Assembly (NCBI GenBank): GCA_964016885.1
Contig: OZ024740.1
Span: 241,428,001 to 241,492,000, forward strand
DNA: 64,000 bases
Origin: Eledone cirrhosa
Lineage: Eukaryota
Direction of reading: 5' to 3'
Positions 42,846-55,905 of this stretch are shown here, one piece after another. The notes beneath the pieces are model-generated. The model saw only the letters and a program-made list of their open reading frames with translations. It made no database searches and was not told the DNA's origin. Both the position numbers and the translations under genes were made by a program. Numbering within the stretch: position 1 is the stretch's first letter; every line of letters starts with the position of its first letter.

Positions 42846-44200
42846 GAAAATGATTCCGTTAGTAGGAATATTTTTGAATGAACATATTTTCCTTACTTAT
42901 TCGTATTTCTTCTGTTGTATTGTCAGAGCAAACGTATGTTAAGGTTTATTTAGTTCGGGTTTTTATTTTCTAAAGTAGAAGGTGTTATGTGTGTGTGTAC
43001 GTGTCTGTTTGGATGGTTAGCATGTTATGGTGTTAACATAATGTATATTAAACCATATTTAATGCTGGTCTATATTTTTGAATAAACATATTTTCCTTAT
43101 TTATTCGTATTTGTTCTGTTGTATTGTCAGCACAAAGGTAAAATGGGAAGACTTGGAATTTGGGTGTCTTATTACTTGCGCATATGTCTAGATGTGCGCT
43201 TAGTGGTATCTATCTCGTGGTTGGATCTCATAATTGTTGGCGATGAACTGTCATTCTGTTTCTGAGTGTGAGTTTAGTTTGTCCTATATAATCTTCATTG
43301 CATCCTTTACATTTAATGGCATAAACTAGATTTTTTGATGAGCAAGTGAAGTGATTTTTTACAGCAAAATTTTGTCCTGATTTAAATGTATACGTTGCCT
43401 TCAATGAAATGAGTGCAGGTTCCACAATTAGAGCGATCACATTTTTGGTTGTGGGTTTGTGGTAGGTAATTTGGCATTGGTGAGTAATGTTTTCAGTGAT
43501 TTCGGTTGTCTTTTGCTTTTGATTATTTTGTGTGTTTCAAGGGCTTTTTTCATTCTTGGGTCTTGTTTCAGCAGTGGGATGTTCTTGTGAATAGTGTTGC
43601 AAGCTTCCGCATTTCTTGGGTTGTGTGTTGAGATATATGATAGAATATTGGACGTACCTTGAATTTGTTTCTGTTTTCCTAATTCATCAATGCCTATTGA
43701 TTTAGAACTTTCTATTCCATTATTTATTAGTAATGGTGGGTACTGTCTTTCGAGTAGAATTTCTTTTAATTCTTGAAGTCTTTTATTTCGCGTTTCATAA
43801 TTGGAGACAATTATGCAAATTCTTCTTGCTAGGTTAAAAGGAATGTTCGTCTTCGTGTGCTATATTCACTGAACCAGAACAATTCTCCCATCCCATTTCT
43901 CTTGACCATTATCTTATGTTTGTCATAAAATTCTCTAAAAGGCTACAAAATAAATTCGCAAATACGGGCGCGAAATTTAATGAGCTTGTTCATGTGACAG
44001 TATAATTTGATTTATAACCAATCAAATTACATTTATAAAAAAAGCCTTCGTGAGCCCCCTTTTTTTTAAGTAAAAAGAAATTCAAACACTCATATATGAA
44101 AAAACAACCTGAGCCCCCCCCCCCCCCCCAACGACCCCTCCTTGCTTGAAGAACTTTGTAACGCGAACTGGCGCGAAATTTATTATATTTATTGACCAAC
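41884..44200 (-). mobile_element. Penelope-like element (Neptune-like) fragment with tandem and inverted terminal repeats
   Basis: RT thumb HTKTNIPFNLARRIC...LQELK...RQYP. GIY-YIG FTCSSKNLVYAIKCKGCNEDYIGQT...RNRMTVHR. About 190-bp repeats at 41887-42075 and 42200-42390, with an inverted copy at 43862-44100. Confidence 0.85.
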
Positions 44201-44499
44201 CAATCAAATTACTTCTCTAAAAACCTGGCGTTTCGAGCCACTTTTTTCCATATAAAACAAGTAACATTCAAAGACCAACCAGATGTGAGAAAAACCACAG
44301 ACCCTCCATCTCAACTCTACTTTTGAAAAGCAGAAGAACTGCGAAACCGGTAAAGGAACCAAATAAATATATATATATTTTAAAAAATAAGATTCCAGTT
44401 GCATTTTCGATTTCATCTTTTTTCTTTATACTTTCACTCGTGTAGGACACATCGGTTATTTTTCATTTTGTAAAAAAAAAAAAAATAAAAAGACCTCAC

Positions 44500-44568
<69 letters not shown>

Positions 44569-45274
44569 ATATATATACAATATATATATACAATATATGT
44601 ATATATATATATCATTGTCTATAAAAGGTAGTTCAAATCCGGCCGAGGTTAACTTTACCTTTCATCCTTACGCGGTCGATAAAATAAAGTAGCAGTAATG
44701 TACTGGATAATTGCTGGCCTTGTGCCTAAAATAGAAACAATTATCTATAAAAAGGCTGATTGTTGTTGTTGTGTGTGTGCATGTTCCCTGTTTATACATT
44801 TGCACAATTTCAAACCGATTCGACTCAAAGTCTGTAAGAATGTTGTAAATGGTTAACTTAGGCCAACGACTATTTATTTCATTCAAACTCACCCACAATT
44901 ATGGAAATAATCGATAAAACTAAATACATGACGCTTTAACCCTCTAATAGAATCTGATTACCTCTCTCTACTCCCCTTAAAATTCGATAAAACTACATAC
45001 ATGCTTACAAACTTCCTTTAGGAACGCCGAAGAGAGAGAGAGAGAGAGAAGAGAGTGAGAGTGAGAGGGAGAGAGAGAGAGAGAACGTTTGTTTTAGAGT
45101 GTGGAACGGTCAAAGATTTATTTACTCCAATGACAAAGAGAACTTATTACATTTCATACGAAACAACAATTATTCAAAAGCAACAAAAAAAAATAGAGAT
45201 AAATCTTTTTTAAAACCTCTCAACGAACGTGGAAGAAAGAAGTATCAGTTTATTTACAATACACAATAATATAC

Positions 45275-45450
45275 TCTATGAGGTCACTAAACCTGCTAGA
45301 AACAGCAGCTAACTCTCCCCCATATCACACCCCACCCTACTGTCTTAAATTTAGAAAACATATCTTCTATGAGGTCACTAAACCTGCTAGAAACAGCAGC
45401 TAACTCTCCCCCACATCACACTCCTCCCTACTGTCTTAAATTTAGAAAAC
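45275..45450 (+). repeat. ~90-bp tandem duplication
   Basis: ctatgaggtcactaaacctgctagaaacagcagctaactctcccc...ttagaaaaca occurs twice. Confidence 0.8.
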
Positions 45451-45748
45451 ACACATTAGACAACCATGCAGAACAACTCCATCGCAGCTCTGTTGTTCGG
45501 CTGGCATCGTCTGCGCGCGTGTTGCGCAAGTACTGTGTAACAATAAATTTCAACACTTCTTTGCACAGAGATAATATCCATAGGCGAAACTACAATTGTC
45601 ACTGCTGGCGCAGCTCCTGCTTCGGCAGTCCAGGTCTGGAATTCATTCACCCAGTCCCCGGCAGACAAAAAAGTGGTGCCATAAAATGGGTGGTGCAACC
45701 TAACTTTGGTAACTTACTGACCCCTAGCAACGCCGGGCTTTAATGCTA

Positions 45749-45799
<51 letters not shown>

Positions 45800-45916
45800 A
45801 AATATATATATATACTATATATATATATATATATATATACAATATATATATATACACTATATATATATATATATATATACAATATATATACTATATATAT
45901 ATACAATATATATATA

Positions 45917-45971
<55 letters not shown>

Positions 45972-46110
45972 ATATATATACAATATATATATATATATAT
46001 ATACAATATATATATACAATATATATATATATATATAATATATATATATACTATATATATATACAATATATATATATACTATATATATATATACTATATA
46101 TATATATATA

Positions 46111-46150
<40 letters not shown>

Positions 46151-46278
46151 ATATATATACAATATATATATATATACAATATATATATTGTATATATATA
46201 TATTGTATATATATATATATATAGTATATATATATATTGTATATATATATATAGATGCATAGTATATATATATATATA

Positions 46279-48232
46279 CAACATAATGTCCCTCATCAAC
46301 AATCAGAGAAGAGCTGAAGAGGCCTGGGCCATTGAGAAGATCAAACTCAATCCCAAAGTGTTCTTTTCATTTGCAAAAAAACACAAAATCACTGGCTCTA
46401 CTGTTGGCCCTCTAATTGATGAAAATGGCACTCTTCAAGACAATGCTAAAACCATGGGTGAGATACTGCAGAAACAATACTGCTCTGTTTTCAGCAATCC
46501 TGATATGGCCGATCTGGGCTGTATCGGCGATGTTACTCCCCATTACACCTTATCGGACATAACGTTTGGCGCCCCTGATGTCTTGGCGGCAATAAAGGAA
46601 ATCAAGCATAATTCAGCAGTAGGTCCCGATAGGTTCCCTGCTTGTGTCTTGAAGGCGTGTCAACACCAACTTGCATCTCCTCTTGCCAATCTGTGGCGGA
46701 ACTCACTGGATGCTGGATATGTGCCAGAAAACATTCTATCCCAGTCTGTTGTCCCAGTTTTCAAAAAGGGAAACAAATCCCTTGCCGTGAATTACCGTCC
46801 AATCTCACTCACCTCTCATATCATTAAGGTATTTGAGCGAGTGGTGAGATCGCGAATGACCCACTTCCTTGAGAGTAACAATATGCTGAACTCCAACCAG
46901 CATGGATTCCGTAATGGAAGGGATTGCCTGACGCAGCTACTGCATCACTTTGATGACATTTTGAGAGCCTTGGGAGAGGGTTCCAACACTGATGTTATCT
47001 ACCTTGATTTCAGCAAGGCCTTTGACAGGGTTGATCATAACATTCTACTGAGAAAGCTGTCCAATATTGGTGTCACTGGAAAGCTGCTGCAGTGGATCAA
47101 GAGCTTCCTGTCAAACAGAACCCAACATGTTGTAGTTGAGGGAGTCAAATCAAGCCCAGCCAAAGTCAGTAGTGGGGTCCCACAAGGCACTGTGTTGGGC
47201 CCACTTCTCTTCATCATCTATATTAATGACATCACTGACATCATCAAACACAGCAACATTAACATTTTCGCTGATGATTCCAAGCTCCAAAAGGTCATCA
47301 ATGGCGTGGATGACCGGATAAGCCTTCAGTCAGACCTACTGGCTGTTACCCAATGGGCAGAAAAGAACAACATGTTACTGAACGAAGACAAATTCGAACT
47401 GATCCACTTTGGAAAAGAGGATGCTCTGGAACTCCCGTACTCCCTTCCCTCCGGGGAAACTCTCGTGGCATCTAACAACATCAGAGACTTGGGAGTAACC
47501 GTGGACAGCAACATAAGCTGGACCACGCATATAAGCAGCAAAGTTGACATGGCCCGCAGAATGTGTTCCTGGATCCTCAGAACCTTCCAGTCGAGAGATT
47601 CCCGCACCATTATCCTTCTCTTCTCTACTTTCGCCCGACCACACCTTGAATACTGTTGTCCACTGTGGTCTCCCCACACGAAACAAAGTATCATGAAACT
47701 TGAAGCTCCTCAAAGGGCAATCACGAAAAAGATAGATGGCATGTCAGACCTTGACTACTGGGGTCGATTAGAAAACCTGAAACTTTACTCACTCCAACGT
47801 CGCCGTGAGCGTTATATTATCTGCATGATGTGGAAAATGTTCCATCATCACTGCCCAAATGATGTTGGCATCGCCTTCAAGATACACCCAAGGCTTGGGC
47901 CCCGTGCTATCCGTCCCATTCAAAAATCTAAATCGCAACTCATAACAACAATACGGCACAATTATTTCACCTCAATCGGCCCTGCTCTCTTCAACATCAC
48001 ACCAGGACACGTCAAAACAGAAACTGACCACACAAAATTCAAGAAGTCTTTGGACAAATTCCTCCAAGTAATCCCGGACAAACCACCCACACCCGGATAT
48101 GTCTCCGCAAACAGTAATTCTCTTCTCGAATGGGCCATGGTGCCCAAATCCTGAATTGAAAGACTTCGCCAGGTGGTGCTATTAAGTTAGACATGGCCTG
48201 GGCCAATACTGGCCAAAACATTTCAAAGTTAT
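46279..48232 (+). mobile_element. Young 5'-truncated CR1-like LINE with an uninterrupted RT frame (46286-48154, 622 aa), inserted in (TA)n
   Basis: NYRPISLTS, QHGFR, YLDFSKAFD, SGVPQGTVLGP, IFADD, LYSLQRRRERY. No stops. The N-terminal IYIY part of the 803-aa ORF is microsatellite read-through. Confidence 0.95.
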
Positions 48233-48324
48233 ATAGTATATATATATATTGTATATATATATATACATGCATAGTATATATATATATATATTGTATATAT
48301 ATATATATATACAATATATATATA

Positions 48325-48373
<49 letters not shown>

Positions 48374-48411
48374 ATATATATTGTATATATATATATATTG
48401 TATATATATAT

Positions 48412-48472
<61 letters not shown>

Positions 48473-48915
48473 TATATATATATATTGTATATATATATAC
48501 ACGCATAATATATATATATATTGTATATATATATATATATATATAGTATATATATACATTGTATATATATATACATACATATTATATATATATGTTGTAT
48601 ATATATATATATATATAGTATATATATATATTGTATATATATATATATACATACATATTATATATATATATTGTATATATATATATATATATACAATATA
48701 TATATATATATATATATACACACAATATATATATATATACAATATATATATATATATATATATTTATTTAGATTTGAAGGTTCACCACTGGATAGAGCTG
48801 GTCAATTCCGCTGGTCAATTCCGTATGGTCAATGTAATAATATGGAGAGTACTCAACGTAAATCAGTTCAACCGTATTCGATTTTGTAGTTGGTGGTGCG
48901 AGTACGGAGTTAAAT

Positions 48916-49112
48916 ATTATAATAAAATAACAGGAGGCTGGACTTGTGTAAATCATAGATTTTCAGTCCCATGTATTTTATCTGTTACATTCATTTATTA
49001 TATTTCGAATACCTGATGATATCACCGCATTCATACGAAACCCGGTCAGTGAAATGATTATAGTATAATAAACCTTTCAAGGATTTACACAAGTCCAGCC
49101 TTCTGTTATTTT

Positions 49113-49120
<8 letters not shown>
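48916..49120 (+). mobile_element. Short element with ~39-bp inverted repeats enclosing a hammerhead core (49013-49047)
   Basis: attataataaaataacaggaggctggacttgtgtaaatc and gatttacacaagtccagccttctgttattttattataat. Core CTGATGA tat...ata c GAAA cccg GTC. Confidence 0.65.
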
Positions 49121-49189
<69 letters not shown>

Positions 49190-49198
49190 ATATATATA

Positions 49199-50546
49199 TA
49201 TGAAAGATATAAAATAAGAAAATTATAAAAATTAACTTACTAAAATTTCACTCCAACTAATTAGTTTCTGAAAGGGAATAAACATGGTTTCCAAATGGAA
49301 AGCATGGAGAAGCCGTTTCGTAATCAGGAAGTCTGTTAAGTTACCAGGCGATGCGTGGACACAGGGAACTTATACAAAAATAATTCAGTGGATGGAAAAA
49401 AGCAAGCGTGGACTAAATTCCAAGACATTGAAAAAATAACTGCCTACTTGGTCGGTGGCAAATTCAAAAGAATCAATCACGTGACATCGAGGTTAATCAG
49501 TGAGGAGTGGGGTGCTAAAAAGACAGTAGCCGAGCCATTACTATGAACTATAGTAGCAGTTTTGGCAAATTTTTGCTCAACAAAATAATTTGGAGATAAT
49601 TATAAAGAATTAGTATATCTACCAACATATATATACAGATGCATACCTACGCTAGCAAATATATAGGTTTTGTCTTAGTAACTTTGTGGTTCAATTCAAG
49701 GGGATGCAGAACAATTATATGAAAGACGTAAAATAAGAAAATTATAAAAATTAACTTACTTACTAAAATTTCAATCCAACTAATTAGTGGAGAAGCCACT
49801 TCTCCATGCTTTCCATTTGGAAACCTGGAAACCATGTTTATTCCCTTTCAGAAACTAATTAGTTGGAGTGAAATTTTAGTAAGTAAGTTAATTTTTATAA
49901 TTTTCTTATTTTACGTCTTTCATATAATTGTTCTGCATCCCCTTGCATTGAACCACAGAGTTACTAAGACAAAACCTATATATTTGCAAGCATAGGTATG
50001 CATCTGTATATATGTTGGTAGATATACTAATTCTTTATAATTATCTCCAAATTATTTTGTTGAGCAAAAATTTGCCAAAACTGCTACTATAGTTCATAGT
50101 AATGGCTCGGCTACTGTCTTTTTAACACCCACTCCTCACTGATTAACCTCGATGTCACGTGATTGATTCTTTTGAATTTGCCACCGACCAAGTAGGCAGT
50201 GATTTTTTCAATGTCTTGGAATTTAGTCAACGCTTGCTTTTTTCCATCCACTGAATTATTTTTGTATAAGTTCCCTGTGTCCACGCATCGCCTGGTAACT
50301 TAGCTGAGAACAGACTTTCTGATGACGAAACGGCTTCTCCATGCTTTCCATTTGGAAACCATGTTTATTCCCTTTCAGAAACTAATTAGTTAGAGTAAAA
50401 TTTTAGTAAGTTAATTTTCATAATTTTCTTATTTTACGTCTTTCATATAATTGTTCTGCATCCCACAAAGTTACTAAGGCAAAACCTATATATTTGCTAG
50501 CATAGTTATGCATCTGTATATATATATGATGGTAGATATACTATTT

Positions 50547-50548
<2 letters not shown>
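49199..50548. mobile_element. Non-coding ~520-bp unit in partial tandem plus inversion, forming a large palindrome in (TA)n
   Basis: 49199-49787 is the reverse complement of about 49853-50448, and unit ends are repeated within each arm. It contains ctgatgacgaaac (50319-50331). Confidence 0.85.
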
Positions 50549-50626
<78 letters not shown>

Positions 50627-50749
50627 TAATTAGGAGTATTCCAAAGCTTGGTAGAACAAGTTGTGAGGAAAGTTCTCAACATACGTTAACGTGACTCAAC
50701 AGGTTGGTAGGGATTCAGTAGTGGAAACACGAACAAACTAGGAGTGTAA

Positions 50750-50983
50750 TAAAAAAAGAGAGAAATAGGACGAAGGTAAACAGTTACAAAAAAATTTAAT
50801 CCACGTATTAACAATTGTTTCATCAGAATTTCAGTTCATTATTGCTACACTATGTAATAATAGGCAATCAAGAAAGATACTGTGGCATCCGAATTTTCAA
50901 AATACAAAGTTGGAATGACCTTAGGAAATGAAATAAGGGGTAGTAGTGTAAGATAGAGGAACAGAGAGAGAGAGGGCAAAAGA

Positions 50984-51036
<53 letters not shown>

Positions 51037-52956
51037 GATGGAGGTAAGGAGAGAAAGAGAAAGAGATAGGGTGGTGTGAGAGGATTTGTATAGAATATAG
51101 TTAAGTTACAAGAAGGGAGGGGGAGGAGGGTTGTATGCTAAAAGTTGTGATGAATAGAGGAAGAGAGAAGGAAGATATAATTTTAAGTGGCATTTGGTAG
51201 TGGACAGGCGAAAGTCTTACCAGAGAATAGATGAAGGAAGAAAGTATTAAATTTCATATATAGTCTATTTTTAGGAGTGTGGAATTGTTATTTAGGGTAG
51301 AAAGATAGGTAGTGTTAAGATTTAGTTGAAGGTTTGAAGTGTGATAATTTCGCTTTCAGTTTATGCTGGCAAAAAATTGACCTTTCAATTTTGTTGTTGA
51401 GTAGTTGGTGGCTTGAGCTTAGGATATGGAAGAGCTCATTATTACACAACGGGCACGTTTTCATCCCACTCCGGTATGGAGGAGCATGTGAGAGTTTGGT
51501 CCATTTAAGGGTGTATTGTCGGTTATTCCCTTTTAAGTGCCAAATTTTGTCGGCGAGAGTCGTTACGTAACGGTGTTGGTGGTGCTTTATTGCGTAACGA
51601 TGCGTGTGCCGACGAGTTTTGAAGGTGTTTGCAGTGCTGCCTATGTAGTGCCAGGTTTGGTTGCCCGACTCAACCGAGCACCTGTACACTAGGTTTGAAT
51701 GCAAACATTCGTTATTCAATGGACAAGTCTCTGGAAGGTGGCAATTACAATTTCTGTTATGGACAGTGGTGGAGTTATAGGTGGGCTGGGATGTGTGTGT
51801 GAGTGTTTGTTAGTGGGTGGTTGTGTATTAGGTGTATTATTGTATTGAGTGATTGGGGTGTTGTTGTTACGGAGTTTTTTGGTGTTGAGCATCTTAATGT
51901 GTGCGTCTAGGTTTGGTGCAGTGGAATAAGATAGTCTAATTGTTTTGGTATTAAGTATACTACTATATTTATGTGAATTTGGAAAGTGTTTTTTTATAAT
52001 TTTGTAGAATGTGGAAGGTAAGTTAGAGCTAATAGAAGAGTTAAAAATAGGATTATACCAAATGTAAGATCTACTCCGTGTTCTGTTTTGCTTTGATGTT
52101 GCTGTTGTATTTGTGGTGTGGTTAGTATTAGGGGGTCTAGGTGCGTGTGTGCGGGTGTTTGTGGGGCGTTTGGCGTGTCTATGGTTAGCACAAGTTACGG
52201 ATATTGTTGGTATATACATAGCCCACACCTTACATAATAAATTTAGTTACCTTCAAGGTGGAATATATAGAGATGACGCTCTCCTATTAGTTAAAAACAG
52301 GAATAAACAAAACAGAGCGAACCCGTAAGAGCATTAGAAGAACCCTAGATAGCCTTGGCCTTAAAATCACCTACGAATATAGTACCAATGTAGTTAACTT
52401 CCTAGATGCCACCTTCAACCTCAACACCCAAATTATCACACCCTTTCACAAAAACAATGAGAACCTCACCTACATCCACACTAGCTCTAACCACCCACTA
52501 TCTATTATAAGGTCCGTGCCACATAGTATATCACTTAGAATATCCCGCCTCTCATCTAACCAACAAATATTCGATCAACACGCTGAATACTACAACACTG
52601 CATTAGAACGGGCTGGTCACACCGACATACTAGAATACATGGACCGACACAACCATAAAACACATAACCATAGACACGCCAAACGCCCCACAAACACCCG
52701 CACACACGCACCTAGACCCCCTAATACTAACCACACCACAAATACAACAGCAACATCAAAGCAAAACAGAACACGGAGTATATCTTACATTTGGTATAAT
52801 CCTATTTTTAACTCTTCTATTAGCTCTAACTTACCTCTACTCATCACAACTTTTAGCACACAACCCTCGCCCCCTCCCTTCTTGTAACTTAACTATATTC
52901 TATACAAATCCTCTCACACCACCCTATCTCTTTCTCTTTCTCTCCTTACCTCCATC

Positions 52957-53019
<63 letters not shown>

Positions 53020-53250
53020 TCTTTTGCCCTCTCTCTCTCTGTTCCTCTATCTTACACTACTACCCCTTATTTCATTTCCTAAGGTCATTCCAACTTTGTA
53101 TTTTGAAAATTCGGATGCTACAGTATCTTTTTTGATTGCCTATTATTACATAGTGTAGCAATAATGGACTGAAATTCTGATGAAACAATTGTTAATACGT
53201 GGATTAAATTTTTTTGTAACTGTTTACCTTCGTCCTATTTCTCTCCTTTT
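50750..53250. mobile_element. Fold-back Penelope-like element (Nematis-like): minus arm 50750-52190 with GIY-YIG, plus arm 52190-53250 with RT C-terminus
   Basis: GIYRDDALLL, VNFLDATFNL, YIHTSSNHP, IWYNPIFN, NLVYRC...YIGST...FKTR...CPLC. About 410-bp inverted 3' ends. Confidence 0.9.
53097..53199 (+). ncRNA. Hammerhead ribozyme with U3-A8 core variant (mirror copy 50804-50906, minus)
   Basis: Stem I tgtatt/aatacg. Core TTGAAAA. Stem II tcgga/tctga. GAAA. Palindromic stem III ACAATTGT. GUU site. Confidence 0.6.
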
Positions 53251-53251
53251 T

Positions 53252-53333
<82 letters not shown>

Positions 53334-53375
53334 CAATATATATACAATATATATATATATGTATATATATATACA

Positions 53376-53448
<73 letters not shown>

Positions 53449-53640
53449 CAATATATATATATATATATATACAATATATATATATATATATATAAGAATT
53501 GAAATACTAGAGTGTGTTAGAGTTAAACATCCTCTTCGTATTATAGAAATGACAGTAAAGGTATAGCTCAATGTAATTAAACAGAGCCGAAGAATTATGA
53601 AAATAATATTTTCATAATATTTTCATAATATAATATTTTC

Positions 53641-53686
<46 letters not shown>

Positions 53687-53706
53687 ATATATATATATAT
53701 ATATAT

Positions 53707-53766
<60 letters not shown>

Positions 53767-54196
53767 CAATATATATATATATATATACAATATAGAGGAT
53801 AACAAGATTTCGTTAAAGGTAATCCGATTAGAGGTTGTGAAAACTTCTTATCATGGATAGTTCAAGCGTACGGCGTTGTATGACTCAACAAGAGATTTAC
53901 GTGGATGACGCCTCCATTCTTCTGTCTTTCCTATGGTGTCTATGCTTGCGTATTTTTAGCTGTAATAACTTCACAATCTTCTTCCATTTCTACCTGTTGT
54001 TCTTTTCTCTTTTTCTTTCTTCATCTTTCCCTGTCTCTTTCTCTTTTTCGTCCTTCATCCTTCTTTCTCTTCTCTACTTTTACTACATCTATCCCCACTC
54101 TTTTCTTTCTATCGGTATCTTTATTATTAATATTATTTGATGTGATAGTTTGAATTTGTAAAGTTACCGTTACGCATATATTTTTTTATTTTCTCT

Positions 54197-54303
54197 CAGT
54201 CTCTGACGAAATGATGAGGATAACGTATTTTAAATTGAGTGGCACTGCCTTCAGTGTTTAGCAATTTTTAGACAACTCTATCATAGAAACAATTGTTAGA
54301 CTG
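54197..54303 (+). ncRNA. Type I hammerhead ribozyme with long stem-loop II
   Basis: Stem I cagtct/agactg. CTGACGA 54203-54209. Stem II atgatgag/ctctatcat. GAAA 54286-54289. Stem III ACAATTGT. GUU site. Confidence 0.8.
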
Positions 54304-54402
54304 TAAATAAATTTCCTTGTTTGTACTGTTGACCATGTTATTCTTCACTTTTTCAATTTTATATACAATATACACACACACATATATATATATCTATCTA
54401 TC

Positions 54403-54433
<31 letters not shown>

Positions 54434-54501
54434 TATATATATATATATATATATACAATATATATATATATATACAATATATATATGTATACAATATATA
54501 T

Positions 54502-54543
<42 letters not shown>

Positions 54544-54666
54544 ATATATATATGATTCCAGTTCCTCAGTGAAATAACAACCCAACCAGGAACTGGGCAA
54601 ATCAGAGTATTGACAAAGTTAAACACCTCAACAACATGTGTACTCGTCTCTACCACACTAATTCGA

Positions 54667-54721
54667 ACTGCCTGAAGAGCTCACAGCCAAAGATGGCTGT
54701 CACCGAAATATATATAGCAGT
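54667..54721 (+). ncRNA. Type I hammerhead ribozyme (3' half also at about 38770-38850, minus)
   Basis: Stem I actgc/gcagt. CTGAAGA. Stem II acagcca/tggctgt. GAAA. Stem III atatatat. AUA site. Confidence 0.85.
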
Positions 54722-54794
54722 AATAAACGAAGCCAAATTTTAAACATTTGACTTATTTATTTTATTTTATACAAATTATTTATTTTGTTTTATA

Positions 54795-55652
54795 CAAACT
54801 TATATTTAAGTAACAGCCGTACTAAGAGTGAGATATGCAAATTAGGCTGCTCAGCCGTTAATATACATAAGGAAAGTATATACTTTCAGACGTTCAATCA
54901 TTTGGCAGGAAGGTATACGGTGCTGACGATAGCTAATAAGCTTGAAACTAGTACATCGTTCCTTTGTCAGTGTTGAACAAAAGGGCAACGATGGTTGCTA
55001 AACACTGTACGGCTTAATTCGGGATGTTTGTTTACAAACACACCGAGCATTATAATAAATGTTCGGTAAATCCATACGTACATATATATATATGTGTGCA
55101 TGTATGAATATATATACATACTACTGTACGTCTGTATACATATATGTATGTACGTATACATACTTATATTTAAGTAAAAGCCGTACTAAGAGTGAGAAAT
55201 TAAATTTCGTTTCATTTTTTCCGCTTATCGTTTTCGGTGCGCCCGGCCGATTAACTCACTCGATATGCAAAATAGGCTGCTCAGCCGTTAATATGCATAA
55301 TGAAAGTATATACTTTCAGACGTTCAATCATCTGGCAGGAAGGTATACGGTGCTGACGATAGCTAATAAGCTTGAAACTAGTACATCGCTCCTTTGTTAG
55401 TGTTGAACAAAAGGGCAACGATGGTTGCTAAACATTGTACGGCTTAATTCGGGATGTTTGTTTACAAACACACCGAGCATTATAATAAATGTTCGGTAAA
55501 TCCATACGTACATATATATATCTGTGTGCATGTATGTAAATATATACAAACTACTGTACGTCTGTATACATATATGTATGTACGTATACATACTTCTGTT
55601 TAAGTAACAGCCGTACTAAGAGTGAGAAATGAAATTTTGTTTCATTTTTCCG

Positions 55653-55655
<3 letters not shown>
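54795..55655 (+). repeat. Tandem ~430-bp units, each with a family B hammerhead (54917-54959 and 55347-55389); retrozyme-like
   Basis: acggtg-CTGACGA-tagctaataagctt-GAAA-ctagta-catcg occurs twice, exactly 430 nt apart. No credible coding ORF. Confidence 0.85.
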
Positions 55656-55731
<76 letters not shown>

Positions 55732-55761
55732 TATATATATATAAATATATATATATGTATA

Positions 55762-55805
<44 letters not shown>

Positions 55806-55852
55806 TATATGTATATATATATTATGTATATATATATCATGTATATATATGT

Positions 55853-55905
<53 letters not shown>

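Noticed and set aside
45369-45743. 124-aa ORF in a GC-richer patch
   Set aside because: It begins in a tandem repeat and has no recognisable domain or splice signals. Probably an unclassified repeat.
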